The translations under genes were made by a program, and so were the position numbers. The notes below the pieces were generated by a model, which saw only the letters and a program-made list of their open reading frames with translations, made no database searches and had not been told where the DNA came from. DNA of 64,000 nucleotides from Octopus vulgaris (taxonomy: Eukaryota). The stretch spans positions 138,012,001 to 138,076,000 of the forward strand of contig OX597817.1 of the NCBI GenBank assembly GCA_951406725.2, given 5' to 3'. This document shows, one piece after another, positions 29,052 through 43,676 of this stretch; position 1 is the stretch's first letter, and each line of letters begins with the position of its first letter.

Positions 29052-29667
29052 ATTTAAATGGCTAATAACCACTATGTGGTCAGCCATATGCTAGAAGTAG
29101 ATCACCTACGATCAAACTACAAAGAAAAGAATGTTCTCTAGAGAAAAATTCAGTGGACAATATGCGGGCAAGACAGATGAAAATTATATAAAAAACAAGA
29201 ATTAATCGCAGACCGGCGGTTTCGCCTATTAACGAATAAATCACTCACGTAATCCTTCGTCCGTAGAACTCGTCAGTACGATCGTTCCACAAGCAATATA
29301 ATTTGTAAAATTAACCACCAGTTTTTCCGTATAAAAACAGACACGTGCTTAGTTCCACCGATTACATTGGGGTTAATTTCAAATGTTTGAGTTCTGGCGT
29401 GCTAAATTCCGGAAAACAAAATCTGCAGTAAATAATTTACTGCAGTTAATGCTGCCTTTTAGAGAACATTTTTATTTTAACATTTAAATAATGAGGGCGA
29501 TAAATAGAATATTAATTTAAAACCAGTAGCCTAGCATACAAAAATCTGAAAAACAGAGAAAATTCTAATACGTGTGTATATCTAAAGGGCTAAAAACCAT
29601 TATGTGGTCAGTCATATGCTAGAAGTAGATCACCTACGATCAAACTACATAGAAAAGAATGTTCTCT
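29051..29667. repeat. 89-bp direct repeats (29051-29139 and 29579-29667) with a 528-bp period
   Basis: ggctaa.aacca.tatgtggtcag.catatgctagaagtagatcacctacgatcaaactaca.agaaaagaatgttctct occurs twice. Confidence 0.9.
29205..29282 (-). ncRNA. Type I hammerhead ribozyme, canonical core
   Basis: AUCGUA-CUGACGA-[long helix II]-GAAA-CC/GCC/GG-UC^-UGCGAU; helix I is 6 bp and the cleavage triplet is GUC. Confidence 0.8.
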
Positions 29668-29675
29668 TTATATAC

Positions 29676-29804
<129 letters not shown>

Positions 29805-30195
29805 CACACACGTGGATGAAATTGTGTTGCAAGATTCTTGATGCGAAAGCTTGTGTTGAATGAGATATTGTTACATTGCGGTATGGTCATTTTTATTTTA
29901 TATTTATTTCTATATCTTGCCAAATAAATACACGCACTGTATATTCGTCCTTCACTCTTTTATTACCGTTCACATTTTACTTTATATACATTGTCTGGAA
30001 ATCTTGTGTCTCAAATTGATGTGGACGGAAAGGGGTCACGCCGAAGAGGTTACAGATGTGTGACGAAAGATTTCCAGACGTAAAAGGCAATAAATGATGT
30101 GAAATCATGTGTTGAAACAGGTATTGTTGTATTTCGGGATGGTCATTTTCTTTATTTATTTATTGCCAAATAAACACGCGCAATATATATATATA

Positions 30196-30323
30196 CAGGG
30201 TGTCCCAAAAAAATGTATACACACCTTAAATAATTGTAAATTTGTTATTCTTTGTAAGCCTAGTACTTATTCTATCGTTCTCTTTTGCCGAACCACTATG
30301 TGTATACATTTTTTGGGGACACC

Positions 30324-30326
<3 letters not shown>
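30196..30326. mobile_element. Tc1/mariner-type MITE, 131 bp
   Basis: About 28-bp TIRs cagggtgtcccaaaaaaatgtatacaca / tgtgtatacattttttggggacaccctg, with TA on both sides. Confidence 0.88.
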
Positions 30327-30373
<47 letters not shown>

Positions 30374-30378
<5 letters not shown>

Positions 30379-30467
30379 CGTGATCACCGTGACCGACCAG
30401 GCTATCAGATGTTGCTACACATCGCTGGTCACAATGTGCTTCACATTGTTTTAGCCTTCAAATGACG
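30374..30467 (-). mobile_element. SINE family B, 3' fragment
   Basis: Matches 43677-43766. Confidence 0.85.
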
Positions 30468-31344
30468 TTTGTGTGTTTGTGCGTGTGTGGGGAGTGTGTG
30501 TGTGCTTGTATGTGTGTGTGCGTGTATGTATGTAAGCGTGTGTGGGGGGAGTGTGTGTGTGCGTGTGTAGGGAGAGTGTGTGAGTGGGTATATGTGTGTT
30601 TGCGTGCGTGTGTGTATACGTGTATGTGTGTGTACATGTATGCACATATGCGTGTGTCTGCGTGTATGTGTGTGTATGTGTGTGTGTGCGTGTGCGTGTA
30701 TGTGTGTGTATGCGTGTGTGAGTACGTGTGTGTGTATGTGTGTGTGTGCGTGTTGTGTCTGTGTGTGCGTGTATGTGTGTGTGCGTGTTGTGTGTGTGTG
30801 TGTGCGTATATGTGTATGTGTGCGTGTGCATGTGTTTGCGCGTATGCGTGTGTTTTTAAGTGTGCGTGTGTGTAAGTGCCTGTCCACATAATGCGGGTGT
30901 ATATGTATGCAAGGCAATGCGTCTCTTTCCTGTGTGTTTATGCGTGTGCAATGAAGCGTGCAGCTTTCCTCTTCAATTTTATAGTAATAATTTTTATTTT
31001 TGCTGCTGTTGTTGTTGTTGTTAGAAGTGGTGTTGATGGTGGTAGTGGTGATGTTACTGCTGCTGCTGGTGCCGGTGTCATGGCGGTAAGAGATAGTCAG
31101 CGCTTTTTTCCTAGTCATTGCTTTTGTTGTTCATGTTTTGGCTCATTTTATTTTCTTCCTTCTTCATCTTCACCCTCGTCTCTCCTCCTCCTCCTCCTCA
31201 CACTTCCCATCCTCCCCCTTTCGCTCTCTTACATCACCAATCCCCCCCTCCCTCCTACCCTTCTAGTCTCTTACGTCAAACCTTATTCAGGCACATTTTT
31301 ATGGGTTTCGTGGTTTTTGTCACAGTTGTTATGACTGCAACTCT

Positions 31345-32447
31345 ACATGTTGCCTTCTCGGTTGAGGGAAGTTGGCGGAGCAACTGTCACGATAGATTCG
31401 GCCGACAGGCGGACTCGTCCCACACGTGACAGCAGCCATTCGGCATAAGCCCACATGTCCGAAATGGTTGGACACTGCACGAGTGCGTGCAGAACGGTTT
31501 CGTCGCTCTGACCGCATATTGGGCAAGACGGTCTGGTGTGTCTCGAACCGTGCCTGTAGAGCTTATTCCGAACAGGTAATACTTCTCGATAGCACTGCCA
31601 GGCCAGGGATTTTTAGTGACTGTCCATAGGTCCCGGCCCGAAAGTTGTCCTGTACAGGTCAGATGTTCCTCGTCGACGCCCAGATTCTGCCCGAGAGTGT
31701 CGTCGCACCTCCCCTCCGCTAATCCTCTATAGAATGCCTTTGTTGTAATGAAGTCGCACAAGTTTAGTCCCAGACAGCAGAGTTGCCTGGAAGCAACACG
31801 ACACTCGCGGTGCCATTCGCCTAGCCTCGGTCTCTGTTTGAGACACGACTGCAGTTCGGCCAAGGAGATGAGCAGTGGGAAAGCGCGCCGCACAAACGAC
31901 GACCACACCTGTTCACCGTCGGAGATGTCGCAGTCTCAATGCATGTCTGCACATCATCAACCACGGCATGCCCAGCCCTCCATTTAGCGGGTGTTGACAA
32001 CAAATGTATCGCCTAAGCATCGGAACTCTTCCCTTCCACAAGAAGCGGAAGAGTATGCGTTCCAGTTTGGTGATGGTAGGGTCGAGACAAGGCACGACAG
32101 TCAGACGGTACTCGATGACGGATGCGATGTACGCGTTCGCCACCTCCGCCCGACCTTTTAGGGATAGTTTCCTCTCAGCCCATTGCTGGGTGAGAGTGTC
32201 CACCCTAGTCGTTATTTTGCCCCATTTGGAGGTCCGGACCGAACCAGACTCCGAGCAATTTAACCGGTCCGTCGGTCCAGTGTCCCACGATGGAGACGCT
32301 GTTGGATAGCATGGGCTTGCTTCTCTAGGTACCGAGCCGCAAGCCCACTGACTTTTCCCGGTTAATTTTTGCTCCCGTTATTGCTTCGTATTCTTTTAGT
32401 GTCTCGCCGATCAGGTCGATGTGCTTGTGGCACGACACTATGACGGT

Positions 32448-32450
<3 letters not shown>
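31345..32450 (-). mobile_element. Second, diverged Tx1-clade LINE fragment (RT end to C-terminal zinc motif)
   Basis: [52 protein letters not shown] and CPICGQSDETVLHALVQC are homologous to 56800-57900. Truncated at both ends. Confidence 0.9.
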
Positions 32451-32533
<83 letters not shown>

Positions 32534-32586
32534 CAGACACACAGACACACAGACAGACTGACAGACAGACAGACAGACAGACAGAC

Positions 32587-32666
<80 letters not shown>

Positions 32667-33119
32667 GGCGCCGTTTGTAGCAGAGATGGATAGAGCGACA
32701 GAACCATGAAACGATGAAGACTGCCTATGGGAATAGACGAACAGCTAGCTGGCCATTAAGCGCATTGAATGACAAGAGTTTAGCCTAATTAATAAATTAA
32801 TAGTGCAGTGTGACGTCAAGATGTAATCGTATTGTAATTCGAGGTTGACGACGGCCATTTTACTTCACTGACTCTGCTAATACACTTGGGAAAAAAGGCA
32901 TGAACATCACAGCTTGACAGTTTTTTTTTCTTTCCCAGAATTAGAGCCGTTGGGCTTAATTACAATGAAGCAAAAATATTAATAATTAATATAGAAAACA
33001 AGGAAGAATCACTAACAACGTAAAACAAAATCACTAAATAAGAGACACTGAGTATTAATAAGGGACATGTTGCCTTTAACGTGTTTTTATATCGATCACT
33101 AGTAGCAGTAGTAGTGGTT

Positions 33120-33202
<83 letters not shown>

Positions 33203-33379
33203 GGTTGTTGTGGTTGCTGTTGATTTTGTAGTAGCAACAGCAGTATTAGTAGTATTGGCTTCGACGAGTATCGATTTTACCTCCCCCCACCACTTAATCG
33301 CTTCTCTCCCTTGACAATATATCTATGTAAGGAATTTAATTTTTAATAATCGTTCCTGTGTGTGCTCTATGCATATACA

Positions 33380-33453
<74 letters not shown>

Positions 33454-33461
33454 TGTTTATG

Positions 33462-33545
<84 letters not shown>

Positions 33546-33868
33546 TGTTTGTTTTTGTCATTAGTTACCCTAAAAAGCAATTTAACAATAAACTGAAGAA
33601 ACATTCAACAGTCTTTGCAGAGGATATATTATACTTTTACAAGAGAAATAGTAAGAGTGACTTCGACGTTTCAGCCTCCTCGCGATCATCGGACTATCAG
33701 ACGAAGGCGAGCAGCCGACGCGTCGAAGTCACTGTCTCCAAGCATCTTGCAAAAGCATGGCATGTGTGTGCGTGTGTGTGCGTGCGTATGTATGTGTAAG
33801 TATCTGCGCGTATGTATGTGCTTACATATCTATATCTTTATCAGCACATACACATGTATGCACACACA

Positions 33869-33961
<93 letters not shown>

Positions 33962-34027
33962 GTTCACTCATCTAGAAGCGATAATTTATAGAACTCAATA
34001 CATACGTATCTATGTATCTATATATAT

Positions 34028-34254
34028 GGCGAGCTGGCAGAAACGTTAGCACGCCGGGCGAAATGCTTAGCGGCATTTCGTCTGCCGCTACGTTCTGAGT
34101 TCAAATTCCGCCGACATCAACTTTGCCCTTCATCCTTTCGGGGTCGATTAAATAAGTACCAGTTACCCACTGGGGTCGATATAATCGACTTAATCCGTTT
34201 GTCTGTCCTTGTTTGTCCTCTCTGTGTGTAGCCCCTTGTGGGTAATAAAGAAAT
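34028..34254 (+). mobile_element. SINE family A, full length, in a (TA)n tract
   Basis: Reverse complement of 3579-3808: A/B boxes, central domain and gtgggtaataaagaaat tail. Confidence 0.9.
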
Positions 34255-34957
34255 ATATATATATATGTGTTTGTATGTAAATGAATGTGTGTTATACATG
34301 CGTGCGTATATGTGTGTGTACGTTATGCATGTGTTGTGTGTATGCATATTTTGTAAAGAGGTGTATATGTGTATGCATGCTTTTTTGTATGTTTTTCTTG
34401 CTTTTTGGGGGTGGGATGGGGGTTGTAAAAAGATTGATCGTGGGGAAAAGACGGAGGAGGGCCAGGTCAAGTTGGAGAGTCTGCTATTGTGTTTTACAAT
34501 CGATTTTTTTTAAGTAAAATGTGAATTTTTATATAAAAATTAAATGATTCTTTATTGATTTTTACTTCAAGTGAATTTGAAGACGACAAAGATTAATTGA
34601 AACGTTTCATCAGTCCATCTTTTTCCCAACACTAATTTTCGTTTTCTTTTTTCTTTTTTTTTTTTACTTTTGTTTAGTAACAACTTTTAATTCTCGCGGC
34701 TTTTCATGATTCCTCGTAATATTTATTGCTCCATCGAGTATTCATATAAATAATTCTACCGTCTGTTTTTTTTAAGATTTATTTATTTTTTCATTGCTTA
34801 ATTGTTTTTGTTTTTTTTAATAATTGCCTTACCACAAATTCACTTAGCAGTCTGTCTGGAGATTTGGAGATTGAGATAGTTGAATAACCACCGTAATGTC
34901 TCATCCAGGAAGAAACTTATTCTTCCGTTGGTTTAATTAACCTTGATTAGATCTACA

Positions 34958-35123
34958 TAGCTGGGAAGTAGTTGTGTGGTAAAAAGTTTGTTTCCAAACT
35001 ACATGGTTCTGGGTTCATTTCCACTGCTTGATACCTCGGGCAAGTATCTTCCACTATCACCTTGCCCTGACCAAAATCATTGTGAGTGGATCTTGTAGAC
35101 GGCAATCGAAAGAAACCCGTCGT
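34958..35123 (+). mobile_element. SINE family C fragment
   Basis: catggttctgggttcatttccactgc..cctcgggcaagtatc..ttgtgagtggat..gaaacccgtcg. Confidence 0.7.
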
Positions 35124-35125
35124 AT

Positions 35126-35189
<64 letters not shown>

Positions 35190-35481
35190 ACTTGTGATAT
35201 TTTACTGTTTTACCTCCATATCTTCGTGAGTTATTTTTGAGTAAACATTATCTGGGAGAATTTTTCTTAAAGTAGTGGAAATGGCTAAAATACTTTTTGG
35301 CTACTATTTCTAGAAAGTTCAGTATGTGGCAAAGTAATTTATTTTACCAAGCCCTAATTATATAATATAATATTTTGAATACGCCTTAAATGGTCTTTTT
35401 ACATACTGAACACTACTTGGTGAAATTGATTAATAACTAATTAATTTTACCCTCAATTATTGGTATTATATATATATATAT

Positions 35482-35556
<75 letters not shown>

Positions 35557-35916
35557 GGTTGAGCATTCTGTATCTAGTTCTGGAAATTATGTTTTGTAAA
35601 CGACAGACTATGCTGACGATCTTGCAGATATTTGCGTGTCCATATACGTAAATATTAACAAGTAAAACCAATGGTACGTAGGTAATCGTTTTTTATTTCG
35701 TGTATTTTCATTTGTCTTGCTTATTTTTAGATTTTGATTTTTTTGCTGAGATTTTTCTTGAGAACACATTCTTCGTGGTAATGGCGATTTGACGTCTATG
35801 TTTAGCATATAGGCTGTCCACTTTAGTGACCAGTCCTCTAAATTTTAATCTTCGAATTTTTTAAATATGCTAAGCCACTGGTTTTAATTGATTAGTATCA
35901 ATTTCTACCCTTATTA

Positions 35917-35957
<41 letters not shown>

Positions 35958-35994
35958 GTGTGTGTGCGTGGGTGTGTATGTGTGTGTGTGCGTT

Positions 35995-36185
35995 TGTGTC
36001 TGCGTTTGTCCACTTCCACTTGACAACCGACGTTGGTGTGTTTAAGCCCCCGTAATTTAGCGGTTCGGCAAAGAGGCCGACAGCATAGATGCAGAGGTCG
36101 ATTCATTCAACCAAAAAATACTTCCAGAGAGTGCCCCAGCATGGCTGCATTCTAATGAATGAAAGAAGTAAAAGCTAAAAGATAG
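35995..36185 (+). mobile_element. SINE family C, 3' half
   Basis: cttgacaaccgacgttggtgtgttta..ttagcggttcggcaaag..gccccagcatggctgca, similar to 55495-55660. Confidence 0.65.
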
Positions 36186-38167
36186 AGAATCACTATCTAA
36201 AATACCAGCGTCCTCTCCTGGAGCAAACATCTCTTCCACACACCTTGTGTCTTTTTGCTATTGTATTGAGTTACACAATATTTATTTCCTTAATCCATCT
36301 CAGCTGGAAATGCATAAAGTCTACATCACAACTCACCATTTTTTTTCTCATCAAATCCTCTGACTTTATGTTTTCGAAAAAAAATGCATTATTGTTTAAA
36401 ATCATCTTCGAAGATGGGAAATATGTTTAAGTTTTTTAGTTAAAAACACGAATCGTCATTATATGAACAATATGTTTTCTTCTTTCCCAGGTAAATTTGG
36501 TGTTGCCAGGTTTGACAAGAGAAATCCATTAAATTCTAAAATCTGAATCATAACTTCGCTTCTCCAAACTCATCAAAGACATCCGTAAACATTCGTAAAC
36601 ATTATCATTCTTAAGAAAATGCGAAGAATTGTAATCTCAGAATTACTTTTGTAACAGTAATAAGTAAATATCTTTCTACCGATAAAATGGGTGTTCCAGG
36701 AGCTGATTGAAATACTCAGAAAGTTCCATAGAGATTTCCCTGAACTATCATGTTAACTGTCATCATCGTCATCATCGTCATCATCATCATTATCATTATC
36801 ATCATCACCATCATGATACTCTTAATACCCGACAGAACAACGAGTCTGTATGACTGTTTCTTCTTGGACCTACTCGGAGTGAGAAGTACAGCTACTGTCA
36901 ATCATAAACCTAAACTAAGATTCGCAGCTATGACGGGTCAGAACTTCGCCATATTGGTTTTGGCGTAAGTCGGGTGGTACCCAACAGATCTTCAGATCCT
37001 CTAGATTGATGGCATTCGACAGGTAAAAACAAAAATAATTCCTGGGGACTACAGTTCTGAGAGGGACGAATGGAAATGTTTTATAATGCAGGATTTCACT
37101 CCTGATATAAAATGAGTATGATAAATCGGGTGTCTACCACAAACACGACGCACATACACATACCACATACACGTGTGTGGGGCGGGGTATAAGTGTTAAC
37201 GGCAAATCTGGAGAGGTGACATTTGAAAACGGTTTGAAGCTTCAAAGAGGCCAGATTTGAACTGGGAGCCAATCTCAATATATTATAAATTTTACTGTTT
37301 TGACCAGTATTGAGTCCTCTCAAGATGTTTGCTACTTTGTATTTTAAATCATTTTTAAAAAATCCCTTTTTGCGTTTTTCGAGGGGTTTTAACCCTACTC
37401 ATAAGCCATGCTTAAGTTTAACGATTCAACTGCTACTGGTCCCTTCATGATTTTGTGAAACTTTGTTGTGCATATTTGTAATTTACATGATAGTGGCTCT
37501 CCCTTCTGAAAGGAGTGTCTAATTAATTGAACATACGATTGATCGATACTAAAGTGGAGCCAGAGAAAATATGAGATTATCAAACCAGCAGTTGAAACCT
37601 TGCTATTAAATTATGGCAAGTATGTTTTTCTTCGCCGAGAACCTCTATTATTTGGCTTTAATAAAACATTTGAGCTGATCCCAGCTGGTTCCGTCATGTT
37701 CTGTTCATTTCTAAAGTAATAAAACTTTAAATGCACTCGGCTTCTCTGCGCAACATGAGCACCAGAGAACATTCACACACACACTCACACACACAAGCAC
37801 ACACACACACAAACACACACACACAAACATACACATATATACACATGTATGCACATAAAGCAATACATGCACATGTACACACATATACACGCACATTCGT
37901 ATACACACACTCATGTAATTGAATACATATGCACACACATATATATACATACACACAACATACCCACACAAACACATGTACATATGTGCATGTCTCTGCA
38001 TAATGCTACACGGACACACACGTTCACACACACGCGCACGTGCGCGCATGCACCGCACAAATAATTCAAATCCTAATTTCCCCTTTATAATTATTTGTTC
38101 TTCGCCTTTATTTATTTATTTCATTTTTACTTCGTTTTTTCAATATTTGGTTCGTTCCCTTACTTTT

Positions 38168-38215
<48 letters not shown>

Positions 38216-38283
38216 GTCTTTTCTCTTTCTCTCCTCCACTCACTCTCTCTCTGTCTCTCCTCCTCTCTCCCTCTCTTCCTCTT

Positions 38284-38333
<50 letters not shown>

Positions 38334-38739
38334 TATGTATGTATGTATGTATATAATCCGTATATATTGCCTTCTATTTTATATAATACTCCTTTTTAAA
38401 TCCTCAATTTCTTTCTTCTCCCCCCCTCTCTCTCTCTCACTCTTTCCTTCATGTCTTCGTTTCTTCCTTCTCTCTTTCTTTTATTTCCACCACCACCCTC
38501 ATTATTTCTCCCAATTCCCTTCTCTCAGTCACCATCAATCATGACTAACACATCTTGAGCAGGGATCATTTGTCAATAGTGACTTCCTAATTAATAAAAC
38601 TTTAACCAAGATCTTCCAGTAATCCCCGAATCCTTCACAGACCAATGTCTTTGGCAATTTATTCTGAGCCGAGTTTAATTCCACAATTTTCTTCAATTCC
38701 GTCTCCAGCGCAAGTCATCTTCGCCGACCCCACGTCTCA

Positions 38740-38795
<56 letters not shown>

Positions 38796-39024
38796 TGGAT
38801 GTCAGCAACTCTAAGCTTCGTTCCTACAACTCCATGAGGATGGTGGCTATTGTTAGACAATCCACCAATGGCCCAAAGACGGAAGAAAGAATATAATTAC
38901 GCCAAGGGATCCTCCAAGGATTTCCGGATTACCATTCAGATTTTAGCATTGCTGCTCCTCGTCAATGTTAAGAGCTGACCAAACAACTACGCACACACAA
39001 ATTCACATAAACACACACAACTTC

Positions 39025-39083
<59 letters not shown>

Positions 39084-39359
39084 ACACACACACACACACA
39101 CATACATACATACATACAGACACACAGGTACACATACACAAAAACAGACTCAGATACTCGCACAAGACAGACATAAACACATACAATTTCAATCTCTTTC
39201 TCCACACGACTTCTTAACTTTTCCTCTCAAATTATACAGTGTTATGTATGACTGTAAATGTTATCGTTCCTTCTGGGTTTTTTAATTAAAATCATCCTCG
39301 AAGGAAAGAGTTCATTTCTAGAAGAGAAACAAAACTCCGGCGCTAAATTTTGATAACAG

Positions 39360-40550
39360 CATCGAAAAGTGCTGCAAGTTATTTTTAGTGTTGCGCTTCT
39401 AGACTGTATTTGTAAAGTGTCAGCTGATAGCTTTCTTTGCCTGAGAATCGGAACTATTCTCGACTGTCACAACGCTTCCCACACCAAAACTTGATCTATT
39501 TAATATTGTTTCATGCATTACCCGACTCTGTTCCTTCCGCCTGTCTCCTCATCAAGAACAATTCTCGATTGTCACATAAGCATTTACTAACCTAACCAAG
39601 TGCACCAATAACTGTTGGTACAAAATGGAAATTTATAATCTGAGTAGAGAAACTGCAGGTTTCGAAATGGTTCTCACTAAATCTTCTCGTTGATTTTGAA
39701 AAAAATGTTCTCATCTTCAGGGCTGTTGATTTCTATGACAGTAAATGTTGTTTTTATTCTTTTTTTTTCTACCCTAAACAATCAGGTCTATTTCCACTTG
39801 ATGGAAGTTTTAATAGGCTTGTTCTACCAATGTTCCCTATCTTGATATATATTTAATGACAAAAGATTTCTTTGTGTTTGTCTGGTATTTGTTAATATGT
39901 CAGTGTATATTGTTTCGCCACCAATACGTAACAGGTTGCATTGGACATAAGTGACCTTACAGCTACCTTCCCATTCTGCAATTTACCTCCTGCTGCAGCG
40001 GAGGTTTCTGCATCAATTTTGTATATTTTGCTGTTAGTGTTGGTACAGTATTCTCTCTCATTTTTATTTAACCATGATGCATTCAGATTGAAATCTCTCT
40101 TTTCGTTCCAAATTTTTGACCAGAATAATTGTAGATCTTCTTAGGAGGGAGCTTTCTTAATGGTAATAGTTTCCTTCCTCATCTCTCTGTATAATGTTTG
40201 TGAGTTGGAAGCAAACTTGCGATTGATAATAGCTCGTTTAAAATTCTCGCTCATCGTCTTGAGTTCGTGTTTTAAATTGATTAACTTTCCCTCAAAAGCT
40301 CGGTGTGAAGAGTTGCTATAAAGTTTCGTTAATCTTTGTCTAAGCTAGAGTTGGTGAAATGTAGACTCATTTATCTCCTTACAATTTATTGTTGCAGTTA
40401 ACCATCCAATATGGCGGCACACCTTGTTGATGGTTTCTTTAAGTGTTGTTTTCCATCTAGGTTGCTTCCGTTTAGTGATTTCGTTACTTTGTTCAACTGT
40501 AGATTTCTCCTGGGTATTCTTTAAGAGTAATAGCGGTTGAGTATATAAGA
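39360..40550 (-). mobile_element. Old R4/Dong-like LINE remnant with the RT core deleted
   Basis: The minus strand of 39570-39670 aligns with 46150-46250 (ttcgaaacct.cag..tatcc/tcaga.tat). The upstream part reads LFWSKIWNEKRDFNLNASWL, typical of the pre-RT region of this clade. Confidence 0.65.
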
Positions 40551-40599
40551 ATATCTAAATTTCAGTAATTAACTTCACATGATTCCATGTGCTCTCCAG

Positions 40600-41388
40600 C
40601 GACATCATTAAAGTGTAAAAGTTGGATAAGCAGGTCGCAGATGAACTCAATGAAAATCAGAAACAACAATTTTAGGAAGCCTGCATTGTGCAACTTTCTC
40701 AACACAAAAATGAATCATTTTTTAATCGAATTGTAACATGTGATGAGAAATGGATCCAATACAACAACAGTAAACATACAGCTCAATGGTTGGACAAAGA
40801 CGAGCCACCAAAACACAGTCCAAAAAGCAAAATTTATCAAAAGAAGCTGATGGTACGTGTTTGGTGGTCTGGCGCAGGTGTGATCCATTATGATTTCATT
40901 AAACCTGGCTCATCAATCACGGCTGAAGTATACTGCAGCCAACTGGACCAAATGATGCAGAAACTTACAAAAAAAACCCCACCTAGATTAGTCAACAGAT
41001 CCACTCCGATTTTATTACAAGACAAACACCAGACCACAAATCGCAAAAATGACATTGGCGAAAGTACAGGAGTTGGATTGGAAGTTCTCCATCATCCACC
41101 CTACTCACCTGATCTTGCCCCCACTGACTACCACTTCTTCCAAGATTTGAATAACTTTTTGATAGGAAAAAAATTTAATTCCGATGACGCTGTAAAACAG
41201 GCCTTCCAAGATTTTATTGACTCTAGATTGCCAGGCTTTTACAGTCCCGGGCTGGACAAGCTACCACTAAAATGGCAAAAGTGTATTGACGATATGGGTG
41301 CATACTTTGATGAATAAAACTATTCCTTGTATTTATAAAACATTAGCAAACTTTTTTTGTTTTCTACAAATTCCTACTTGACGACCTA
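40600..41388 (+). mobile_element. mariner transposon, 3' half with decayed transposase and 3' TIR
   Basis: IVTCDEKW, KKLMVRVWW, LLQD and HPPYSPDLAPTDYHFF motifs; ends with the TIR-like ..cctacttgacgacctaa. Confidence 0.92.
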
Positions 41389-41441
<53 letters not shown>

Positions 41442-42082
41442 TGCGTGTGTATGTGTGTGTGTCTGCGTGTGTGTGTGTGTGTGGTGTGTGTGTGTGTGTG
41501 TGGGTGGGTATAAGTTAGAGGTGTTTAAAACCTCTATGGCTCGGTTAAATTCAAAGGTTCTCCCGGTGGTTGGGTTTCGTCAGTAATATACACTCACTGC
41601 CATCCACTGGATTAAACAAAATCCGTCACCACTGATGTAGGAAAAGAGTAATCGAAAAATTATTGATGTTGCAATAAGCCGCCTGGCTGAATATAAAGCA
41701 GTTATATGCAACAGATTAAAATAGATAATGGAAGTAGAGGGCGACGGACAGTGACTTCGAAACCTTTAGCTTTTATATCCAGATAAGAAATTCACATTCA
41801 TATCGACAATAATTGTTGCACTTGGATTTGTAAGTAAATATCTAAGTCAGAATCTGGAAGCGGTAGGCTTTTAAGAAAAATACAAAAAAAATTAACCCGC
41901 TAACCAGCACATAATGAATACAATGTGTAAGTGGTACAGTAAAAATATGCAAGACTTTTCTCAAGTTTTAAATGTGGTAATGTTTTTGCTATCTACATTT
42001 AAAAGATGAAGCTTTGTATGTTTGTTAAAAACCAGCTGTATCCTAACAGGAAGAATTCGAATAATTAAAAATAGAAAAGACC

Positions 42083-42113
<31 letters not shown>

Positions 42114-42716
42114 CATACATACATACATACATACATACATACATACATAAATACATACCTGTACAGCAACGTGCACTCATGCATGTACGCAAATCTACAT
42201 ACTTACTTAGATAAACTTACAAACCTGCGTACACACACGCTTCATTCTTACACGTAAACCTACGTATAGATGAAATTACATTTATATACACACATAAGCC
42301 TACATACATACACAAGAACTTACACACACACACATAGACATAGACCTATACACGTACATACCCGCAAATTTACATACTTGGATACGCACTTACATTCATA
42401 CTTATATAAGGAGTAGGTAGGGGGAAAGGGGGAATTGGATGGAGAAGGAGGAGGAGGAGGAGGAGGAGGAGGAGGAAGGGAGGAGGAATAGTGAGAGTGA
42501 ATGTCTGTTGTTTACTAAATGGCACTCAAAGAATCCATTGTCCTGGGAAACTCTTCCAAGATTTATGGAAAATGGTTTCGTGAAAAACCATCGGAGGATT
42601 GACAGAATCTAGTTTTCGCTTCATCTATTTAGAACTGTGAATATTTTAGCTTCCCGCTTTCACGAAACCAATGTATAGCACATACAGAAACATACATACA
42701 TACATACATACATACA

Positions 42717-42786
<70 letters not shown>

Positions 42787-42798
42787 TGTTTCTATAAT

Positions 42799-42871
<73 letters not shown>

Positions 42872-43288
42872 CTATCTCTTTGACTACTGATGTACGGATC
42901 TACCTCTCTGATTTTTGTGTCTTTTATCTTTCTACTTATATACCTGTAAGCGTATATGAGTTATTTAGTTTTAATAATGCATATATACATATATATGTGT
43001 GTGTGTGTATGTGTATGCTTGTGTGTGTGTGTATGTATATATATGTATGTATGTATATATATATATGTATGTATGTATGTGTGTATGTATGTATGTATGT
43101 ATGTATGTATGTATGTATGTATGTATGTGTGTATGTGTGTATGTATGTGCATTCAAGTTGTTCTTTGAAATGTTAAAAGATTTTTCTTGTCGATATATTA
43201 AAAAGATTTTATCAAGGGATTGTTGCATATTACAACACAATGGTCGCAAAACAATTATATAAATGTAACTCTGTGTGTGTGCGCGCGC

Positions 43289-43334
<46 letters not shown>

Positions 43335-43676
43335 CAGAGAGAGATAGAGAGAGAGGGAGACATACAAACAGACAGATAGACAGACAAGAATAGAAAATGT
43401 GTGGTTACACATTTAAAAATACTGGAAACGAAATTTCCATGTGAGTATATTAAAATTATAATCTAAAACTACTTCAAATACGAAATTAATGTTTCGTGCC
43501 GTTTACTTTACTCACAAACTGGAGAAGACAGAATTTTCTGAAAAATGTCCACTTTTTGTAAAAGGTTGGTCTTTCGAAATTGTTATAGGAAAAGATCGAT
43601 GGAACAAATGGTATCAAAAAATAAAGATCTGAAGCGTCGTCATTAGGATTGCAGACAGATAGATAGATGGGGAAAT

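Noticed and set aside
37060-37620. Possible non-autonomous DNA element
   Set aside because: No TIR, TSD or second copy could be identified in the window.
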